Assembly: GCA_002408565.1 (NCBI GenBank)
Contig: DHTA01000001.1
Coordinates: 1 to 49,678 of the forward strand
Source of the DNA: Patescibacteria group bacterium UBA5272
Lineage (GTDB): Bacteria > Patescibacteriota > Minisyncoccia > Phycocordibacterales > UBA5272
DNA: 49,678 nt
Direction: 5' to 3'
The stretch's first letter is position 1. Every line of letters begins with the position of its first letter. Below are positions 44,028 through 49,678 of the stretch, in pieces. Both the position numbers and the translations under genes were made by a program. The notes below the pieces were generated by a model, which was given only the letters and a program-made list of their open reading frames with translations, was not told the origin of the DNA and made no database searches.

Positions 44028-45780
44028 AATTTTCGTAAAGATCGACGACGGTTAGAAGTTCCTCGTAACTAGTTTCCCCTCGTAACACTTTTATTATACC
44101 ATCTTCTCGCATAGTAAGAATTCCTTGTTTGTTAGCCAAATCTTTAATTTTTCTTTCGTTGATTATTTTTTCTGTAACGATTAAATCAGAAATTTCTCTA
44201 TCCATTTCTATAGCTTCAAAAACTCCTGTTCTACCTTTATATCCTTCAAAACATTTTTCACAACCAGCAGAATTAGCTTTGTATATTTTGTAAGTATTTG
44301 CTGGGCGAATATCACCCATAGAATCTTCTTTATGGGATGAAATCATGCCGCCTAAAATATTAGTAATTTGTTTAGTTTGTTTTTCTGAAGCTTCTATTTC
44401 TTCTTTACAATAAGGGCAAAGCTTTCTAACGAGTCTTTGAGCTAAAGATAAAGAAAGAGCCGAAGCTAAAGTCCCAGGATTGGCACCCAGTTCTAATAAA
44501 CGAGGAATTGTTCCTGCGGCGTTGTTGGTGTGTAAGGTTGAAAAGACTAAGTGCCCGGTGAGAGCAGCGTTAATCGCTACTTTGGCCGTATCTTCATCAC
44601 GAATTTCACCTACCATTATAATGTCAGGATCTTGACGCATAGCTGCACGAAGTCCAGAAAGAAAAGAATAACCTTTATCCTCTTCAACTTGAGTCTGAAC
44701 AATGCCAGCCAAATGATATTCTACAGGGTCTTCAATAGTAATAATTTTTACGCCTGGATTATAAAGTTTGTTGATAAAAGCATACAGAGTGGTAGTTTTA
44801 CCAGAACCGGTTGGCCCAGTGTTCAAGATAATTCCGCTTGGTTTTTCAATGTGTCTTTCCACCACTTCAAAAAGTTGAGGAGAAAATCCTAAAACTTCCA
44901 GGTCGGCCATGATATTTCTTGGATCTAAAATTCTCATCACAAAACTTTCTCCATAATTTCCAGGAACTACTGAGAGACGAACTTCAATTTCTACATTTTG
45001 ATCGATGATAGAAAATCTTCCGTCTTGAGCATTCTTGGTGATACTTAATTTTATTCCAGATAAAAGTTTGAGGCGAGAATTAATTAATTTCATTGTTGGA
45101 TAATCTAAGTAACAAATATCTATAAGTTCGCCGTCAATTCTATATCTTACACGCACTTTTTCTTTTTCTGGTTCAATGTGAATGTCGGAAGATTTAAAAT
45201 GTAAAGCTCCCGAAATAATTAATTCTATAATTCTAGAAATTCTAAAATTTTTAGACTGATTAGCAATAGCGATAATAGAGCTTCGTAAATCATCTAGGGT
45301 TTTTATGTTTTCAAAAAGATCTTTTAAGGTTTTAGAGTTTATATCTAAAATACCTGAAGTTACAGGTTTTGCGACAGAAATATCAGAATATCTTGTCCAG
45401 GCATGCTCTAAAGAAGCGTTGGAAGCCATGAATTTTATAAGTTCTAAACCATGTCTTTCTAAATTTTCTAAAATTTCTCTTACACCTTCTTTTTCTGGCG
45501 AAAACATTGCCACATAAAGCTTGTTCCCAACCTGTTTGAAGGCGGCTATTTTAGATTTTTTAGCATCTTCCTCTTTGATTTGTTTTAAAGCGTCTGGTTC
45601 GGGAGCAATACCTTTTAAGTTGATATAAGGCAAACCAAACTTGTCAGATTCTCTTTTTATAAAATTTTCTTCTCCTTCTTTTCTGGCGACCCCTAAAATA
45701 TCGTCAACACTTTCTACTGTCTCAGTATCTTGAAATTGTAAATCGTATTTTATTTCTTTTTTTTCTTCTTGTTCATCCAT
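44026..45780 (-). CDS. pilB: Type II secretion / type IV pilus assembly ATPase (GspE/PilB family)
   Basis: Walker A is GPTGSGKTTTL. The Asp box region is ITIEDPVEY, Walker B is MRQDPDIIMVGEIRD and the His box is GHLVFSTLHTN. The tetracysteine motif is CPYC...CEKC. Confidence 0.9.
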   Translation of the reverse strand: MDEQEEKKEIKYDLQFQDTETVESVDDILGVARKEGEENFIKRESDKFGLPYINLKGIAPEPDALKQIKEEDAKKSKIAAFKQVGNKLYVAMFSPEKEGVREILENLERHGLELIKFMASNASLEHAWTRYSDISVAKPVTSGILDINSKTLKDLFENIKTLDDLRSSIIAIANQSKNFRISRIIELIISGALHFKSSDIHIEPEKEKVRVRYRIDGELIDICYLDYPTMKLINSRLKLLSGIKLSITKNAQDGRFSIIDQNVEIEVRLSVVPGNYGESFVMRILDPRNIMADLEVLGFSPQLFEVVERHIEKPSGIILNTGPTGSGKTTTLYAFINKLYNPGVKIITIEDPVEYHLAGIVQTQVEEDKGYSFLSGLRAAMRQDPDIIMVGEIRDEDTAKVAINAALTGHLVFSTLHTNNAAGTIPRLLELGANPGTLASALSLSLAQRLVRKLCPYCKEEIEASEKQTKQITNILGGMISSHKEDSMGDIRPANTYKIYKANSAGCEKCFEGYKGRTGVFEAIEMDREISDLIVTEKIINERKIKDLANKQGILTMREDGIIKVLRGETSYEELLTVVDLYEN

Positions 45781-45886
45781 ACTATGAAAATATTATAGCA
45801 TTTAATATTTCTAAATATTGTTTATAACTTACTTGATTTTCAAAAATTTGTTATATAATTTATATATAAAGAAACCAAATAAAAAT

Positions 45887-46189
45887 ATGAATAAGAACCT
45901 TAAAAGGAATTTGAGCGAACTTCATAATACTCATCAAATCACTCACAGGGTTGCTGCTCTTTTACTTTTTTCAATCTTAGTTATACTTGCGGTATATGGA
46001 TTATCTAGAGTGAAAGCACTTCAAAATGTTTATTTTGCGGTTCCTAATGCTAATCAAGGGATCTGTTATAAAGAGGGGGATAATTTTAATAATCCAAACA
46101 CTCATGTTTCTTGTAAATCTTATAAACCAGTTTGTCAGACAGAGCTAGGAACATTGGTAGAATGTGACACAGGAAGAGTGATTGATTAA
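45887..46189 (+). CDS. Small hypothetical membrane-anchored Cys-containing protein
   Basis: I prefer the ATG at 45887 (MNKNLKRNL...). One TM helix (VAALLLFSILVILAVYGL) is followed by about 60 aa with 4 Cys. Confidence 0.55.
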   Translation: MNKNLKRNLSELHNTHQITHRVAALLLFSILVILAVYGLSRVKALQNVYFAVPNANQGICYKEGDNFNNPNTHVSCKSYKPVCQTELGTLVECDTGRVID

Positions 46190-46285
46190 TCGGTTTAATC
46201 TTTAAAATTTGACCTAATACTTTTAAAGCTTTGTTTTAGAAGAGTTTTTCAGATTATTTTTTAAGTGAAACCCAAAAGAAAAGCC

Positions 46286-46313
46286 TTGACAAATTCTTTT
46301 AGTTTGTTATACT
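46286..46313 (+). promoter_or_regulatory. Sigma70-like promoter
   Basis: TTGACA (46286-46291), a 16-nt spacer, then TATACT (46308-46313). It lies about 65 nt upstream of the 46379 start. Confidence 0.6.
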
Positions 46314-46378
46314 ATTGTCAGATAAAAAGTCCTTTGATAAATAAGATAAAAACAATATAAACTTAAAAATCGACAGAA

Positions 46379-47311
46379 ATGAACAAAACAGCAACATTTT
46401 TAAGAACCTGGGGATGGCTTATAGGAGCATTTCTCATACTTTTGCTGGTTTTAGGAAACCGCTCTGGATGTACAAGAACTGCGCAAACAGAAGAACCGCA
46501 AGATTTAGACCTTTATGAGAGCGCTTATCAAGATCTAAATTCGGCATACCGTAAACAGCAAAAAGCTGAAAGGAGTAGGCAGAAATATCTTGATGCTACA
46601 GAAACTTTTTGCAGTAATCAGGATTCAGAAGCTCTTGGGAGCAATTCTTCTTCTAAAGATTGTAATTGCCAGAAGTGCACAGCTGAAAATGAGAAGCTGG
46701 GGGATGGAAATCAGATTGTCACCATTAACATCGGTGACGAAACGTCTAAAAAAAAAACTGAATCCACGCCTACAACTCCGGTAAAAAAGTCTACGACACC
46801 TACAGTTAAAAAAACTGAAAAGGCTGTAGAAAAACCTTGTACCGTTATAAATAACTATTACGGTTATGACAAAAAGGAAAGCCAAAAAACTGTTCAAGAA
46901 GCAGTTCAGCCGAAAAGGTCCTACGATTCTTCTTACGAAGATTATTCTTCGCAAAGAAGTGAAACTGTGACTAAATCTTACGGGACTACTGAAGAAGAAG
47001 ATTGTTGGCCAACTTTGAAACCGTCCCTAGTGGACAAGTTCGGACTTCACTACAAAAGTGACGGACGAGTTTATCAAAGAGACGGGTCTCTTTACAAAGG
47101 CAAGGAACAACCCTTCTTGGGTGGAGTTCAAAGTCAAGATGAAGCGTCTTCTTCTGGCTCTTCTAGAAGTTCTTCTTATTCGTCAACCACAACCTCCACT
47201 TCTTCGAGTGGTGGCGGTTTACAACTAAAGTCTGGTTATCGTAGAGGACCAAATGGCGCTGTTATCGATAAAAATGGTAACTATGTCAAAGAAGACCCGT
47301 TCATTCGGTAA
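46379..47311 (+). CDS. Hypothetical anchored/secreted protein, paralog family member A
   Basis: N-terminal TM (WGWLIGAFLILLLVLG), T/S/K-rich linkers, and a poly-Ser/Thr tract. The C-terminal modules WPTLKPSLVDKFGLHYKSDGRVYQRDGSLYKG..QPFLGG and LKSGYRRGPNGAVIDKNGNYVKEDPF are shared with 47807..48517. Confidence 0.75.
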   Translation: MNKTATFLRTWGWLIGAFLILLLVLGNRSGCTRTAQTEEPQDLDLYESAYQDLNSAYRKQQKAERSRQKYLDATETFCSNQDSEALGSNSSSKDCNCQKCTAENEKLGDGNQIVTINIGDETSKKKTESTPTTPVKKSTTPTVKKTEKAVEKPCTVINNYYGYDKKESQKTVQEAVQPKRSYDSSYEDYSSQRSETVTKSYGTTEEEDCWPTLKPSLVDKFGLHYKSDGRVYQRDGSLYKGKEQPFLGGVQSQDEASSSGSSRSSSYSSTTTSTSSSGGGLQLKSGYRRGPNGAVIDKNGNYVKEDPFIR

Positions 47312-47329
47312 ATGTTTAACTTTAAAAAC

Positions 47330-47357
47330 AAAAGCTCTCAGATTTGGGGGCTTTTTT
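47330..47357 (+). terminator. Intrinsic terminator
   Basis: AAAAGCTCTC (47330-47339) pairs with GGGGGCTTTT (47346-47355), including two U:G pairs that are valid only on the plus strand. The loop is 6 nt and a T-run follows. Confidence 0.75.
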
Positions 47358-47363
47358 AACATA

Positions 47364-47392
47364 TTGACAGAGGAGTTAATTTATGCTATATT
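47364..47392 (+). promoter_or_regulatory. Sigma70-like promoter
   Basis: TTGACA (47364-47369), a 17-nt spacer, then TATATT (47387-47392). Confidence 0.6.
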
Positions 47393-47436
47393 TTATTTAG
47401 TCATGAATATTCACAACTAAATAAAATATTTAAAAA

Positions 47437-47727
47437 ATGAAGGCAAAAAAGTTCTTTTTATTGCTAATAGTGGCACTAGGTTTGCTTTTTGCAAGTTGTG
47501 CTACTCAAATGGTGCCGGTATATAATGCCGAAGGTCAGCAAATTGGATATACAGAACGCCCCAGAAGAGTGTCTGTATCGGTTTATGGTTATGGGGGACA
47601 GATGTACAACAGGGGGTACTATAATCAATATCAGTACCAATATCAGCAAAGACCTGTTTATCAATATTATCAGCAACAACAGCCATATTATTATCCACAA
47701 CAAAGACCTGTTTATAGATATTATTAA
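47437..47727 (+). CDS. Small putative lipoprotein with a Q/Y-rich low-complexity C-terminus
   Basis: Signal peptide with a lipobox-like LLFASC. The C-terminus is YYNQYQYQYQQRPVYQYYQQQQPYYYPQQRPVYRYY. The gene is bracketed by its own promoter and terminator. Confidence 0.65.
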   Translation: MKAKKFFLLLIVALGLLFASCATQMVPVYNAEGQQIGYTERPRRVSVSVYGYGGQMYNRGYYNQYQYQYQQRPVYQYYQQQQPYYYPQQRPVYRYY

Positions 47728-47732
47728 ATAGT

Positions 47733-47758
47733 AAACAACCCTTAAAAGGGTTGTTTTT
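47733..47758 (+). terminator. Intrinsic terminator
   Basis: AAACAACCC (47733-47741) pairs with GGGTTGTTT (47748-47756), followed by a T-run. Confidence 0.8.
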
Positions 47759-47806
47759 ATATGATATAATTTTTATATAAACTTATAAATATTCACACTT
47801 AAAACT

Positions 47807-48517
47807 ATGGAAAAATATCCAAAAACAAATAAGCCTATAGAGCAAAAAGAGGAAGCAGATCCAAAAAAAATAAATGCTGCCAAAGCAGCCTTCAAATGGT
47901 TGAAAGACAATTGGAAGAAATCGACCATATTAGGAGTTGGAGCTATGATGGCAGCGCCTAGCATTGCTCAAAATGAAGCAGATGTTAATAAGCAAGTTGG
48001 AGAAGAGATTGCAAATAGTGAAAAAAATAAAAACTCTTACACAATTGCAGGGGGGCATGTTTTAGAAAAAAAACAAAAGAAAGGTGAAATAAAAGAAGAT
48101 TATCAAGCCACAGTAGAAGATTTTAAAAAAACAAAAGAAACAAAAAAAGAAAGAGTTAAGCCACAAGAAGAAATAGATCTTATTTGGCCATCTCTTGATC
48201 CAGAATTAGTAGAAGAGTACGGTATTTACTACGGAGAAGATGGAAGAGTTTATAATTCTGATGGAAAAATTTATAAAGGGGAATACGGACAACCTTTTAT
48301 TGGTGGGACAAAAAAACAAGAAGTTGAAAATGTTATGCCAAAACCAGAAGAAAATGTTAATTCTGTTAAAAATACAAATAAAAAACAAGTTAAACAAAAT
48401 AATCCAATAAATAATAAGGGTCCAAAACTAAAACCTGGTTATAAATTTGGTCCAAATGGTTTTATTGTTGATAGTGAAGGCAATCCAGCTAAAGAAAATC
48501 CATTTGTGGGTAAATAA
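47807..48517 (+). CDS. Hypothetical secreted protein, paralog family member B (mosaic)
   Basis: The N-terminal module (MEKYPK...KKSTILGVGAMMAAPSIAQNEADVNKQ) resembles that of 48522..49376. The C-terminal modules (WPSLDPELVEEYGIYYGEDGRVYNSDGKIYKG; LKPGYKFGPNGFIVDSEGNPAKENPF) resemble those of 46379..47311. Confidence 0.75.
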   Translation: MEKYPKTNKPIEQKEEADPKKINAAKAAFKWLKDNWKKSTILGVGAMMAAPSIAQNEADVNKQVGEEIANSEKNKNSYTIAGGHVLEKKQKKGEIKEDYQATVEDFKKTKETKKERVKPQEEIDLIWPSLDPELVEEYGIYYGEDGRVYNSDGKIYKGEYGQPFIGGTKKQEVENVMPKPEENVNSVKNTNKKQVKQNNPINNKGPKLKPGYKFGPNGFIVDSEGNPAKENPFVGK

Positions 48518-48521
48518 AAAT

Positions 48522-49376
48522 ATGGAGAAGAAACCACAAAAAGAAAGAAAAGTTATTTTGGGAAAGGAGGAAAATTTAAAAACTAAACCAACTAGTGGTA
48601 TTGCTGCAGAAACAGTTTTCGATAAATTTAAAAGACAACTAAGGACTTCTGCTATTTTAGGAATGGGGGGACTTTCTTTGTCTGCTGTTGGTCAGAATAT
48701 GGAAAATATCAACAAAAAAGCCGATCAAGAATTTTTGAGGGATAATAAAAAAACTGAGGTGGTTGTTGATACCGTTAAAATGGAGGATGGAAAAACTTAT
48801 ATTAAAAAAGAAATTTATGGGGAAAAGATTACCGATAAAGAACTTCAAAATTCAGCAGCTTCTTTTGATGAGATTAGAGAAAAATACATTAATAGAGATA
48901 TTCGTGCTTATGAATCTGTCGTGGTTAATTCCAGATTTAAAAAATTAAGAGCAAACGAATTTGTGAAATCTACCCAAGAAGAATCTATACAGTATGGAGA
49001 AAAAACTGTAACAGTTAGACTCTTTAAAGAAGGGCAAGGTAAAGAATTGATCAAATATCTTAAAAAAGCTTACGGTGTTGCTGAAGCAAATAGAATAATT
49101 AAGGAATGGGGTATAGATGAAAATTCTTATGAAACTTTATTAAACTTAAAAAGAGATCAATTTGTGAGGGGAATAGTTCATGGACAAGACAAAGAACATT
49201 CTCGTTGGGTGTATTTAGCAGGAGGTCCGGAAAGCTCAGGTACTCCATTTATTGGAGTAGTTACAGAGCAAGATATTTTTATGGAAGGTCTTGCTGAATG
49301 CTCAGGCAACCCTGTTTTTGAAAGGGTTTCTGTGGATTGTGAAGACACAAAAGTGCACAACTCTAATACAAAATGA
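48522..49376 (+). CDS. Hypothetical secreted protein, paralog family member C
   Basis: I prefer the ATG at 48522 (MEKKPQKERK...), 4 nt after the previous stop. The N-terminal module LRTSAILGMGGLSLSAVGQNMENINKK parallels member B. The C-terminal domain is unrelated. The gene ends with TGA. Confidence 0.75.
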   Translation: MEKKPQKERKVILGKEENLKTKPTSGIAAETVFDKFKRQLRTSAILGMGGLSLSAVGQNMENINKKADQEFLRDNKKTEVVVDTVKMEDGKTYIKKEIYGEKITDKELQNSAASFDEIREKYINRDIRAYESVVVNSRFKKLRANEFVKSTQEESIQYGEKTVTVRLFKEGQGKELIKYLKKAYGVAEANRIIKEWGIDENSYETLLNLKRDQFVRGIVHGQDKEHSRWVYLAGGPESSGTPFIGVVTEQDIFMEGLAECSGNPVFERVSVDCEDTKVHNSNTK

Positions 49377-49388
49377 GAGTTGTTAGGT

Positions 49389-49417
49389 CTTGACAGAGTG
49401 TTGTTTATACAATATAA
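49389..49417 (+). promoter_or_regulatory. Perfect-consensus sigma70 promoter
   Basis: TTGACA (49389-49394), a 17-nt spacer, then TATAAT (49412-49417). It lies about 40 nt upstream of the 49456 start. Confidence 0.65.
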
Positions 49418-49455
49418 TTGCGATGTTATTAGTTGATGGGATAATTAACAAATTT

Positions 49456-49678
49456 ATGAAAATTTTAAATATTATAAAAACTTTTGGAGCTGTATTTGCT
49501 TTAATTTTTGCGTTAGGATCAATTACTTTAAATACGACAAATGCTCAAGTTTGGTGTAATGACGGAAGTTATGCAGCATATCCTGAAGCTTGTGGAGGAG
49601 GGAATGTTCAACCTTCTTGGAACCAGCCTTGTTATGGATACGATTGTATGAATACAGGTGTATGGTGTAATGACGGAA
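49456..49678 (+). CDS. Partial (5' end only) secreted Cys-rich protein with VWCNDG repeats
   Basis: My translation is MKILNIIKTFGAVFALIFALGSITLNTTNAQVWCNDGSYAAYPEACGGGNVQPSWNQPCYGYDCMNTGVWCNDG. It has a signal peptide and runs off the window end. It is not in the ORF track because it is truncated. Confidence 0.65.
   Translation, partial: MKILNIIKTFGAVFALIFALGSITLNTTNAQVWCNDGSYAAYPEACGGGNVQPSWNQPCYGYDCMNTGVWCNDG

Noticed and set aside
47476-47731. Three overlapping ORFs (47476..47703 -, 47489..47731 +, 47501..47698 -) within the Q/Y-rich gene
   Set aside because: They are generated by the repetitive CAA/TAT-rich sequence. Only 47437..47727 has a signal peptide, promoter and terminator.
1-49678. 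Alternative genetic code (UGA recoding as in Gracilibacteria/SR1) and CRISPR arrays
   Set aside because: Long conserved genes are uninterrupted under the standard code, and TGA ends the confident gene 48522..49376. No regularly spaced direct repeats with unique spacers were seen.

Overview
The window is a low-GC, gene-dense bacterial chromosome segment that contains the classical origin block: yidC-rnpA-rpmH on the minus strand, diverging from dnaA-dnaN on the plus strand. I think it comes from a reduced-genome, CPR/Patescibacteria-like organism. That is an inference from several features seen here: no Shine-Dalgarno sequences, a trigger factor without a PPIase domain, an extended L34, many K/E-rich low-complexity proteins, and a T4SS plus PilB. 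Stop-codon use is standard, and TGA terminates at least one confident gene. The confidently recognised housekeeping genes are tig, nusA, pgk, xth, a Xer-type recombinase, rpsO, a NYN/LabA protein, comM/yifB, a LysM-M23 peptidase, a UvrD/PcrA helicase, rsmA, yidC, rnpA, rpmH, dnaA, dnaN, a class A PBP, tyrS, ruvC, ruvB and a PilB/GspE ATPase. The most interesting content falls into five groups. (1) A ten-gene, same-strand, type IV secretion-like module lies at 19.5-33.7 kb. It has a PrgI/VirB3-like protein, an apparently split VirB4, a giant VirB6/TrbL-like membrane protein, and a pilin-like + T4-lysozyme + M15 peptidase fusion. No coupling protein or relaxase is in view. (2) About 750 nt at the left edge is non-coding and carries an array of an 11-mer (TGTCCTTTATA / TATAAAGGACA), a perfect DnaA box and several strand-biased hairpins. 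(3) A roughly 150-nt highly structured element with a 25-bp closing helix lies between ruvB and pilB, behind a near-consensus promoter. (4) An island of separately promoted small secreted or anchored proteins lies at 45.8-49.7 kb and shows module shuffling between tandem paralogs. (5) The triosephosphate-isomerase-like gene next to pgk is degenerate. All functional calls come from reading motifs by eye. No searches were run.
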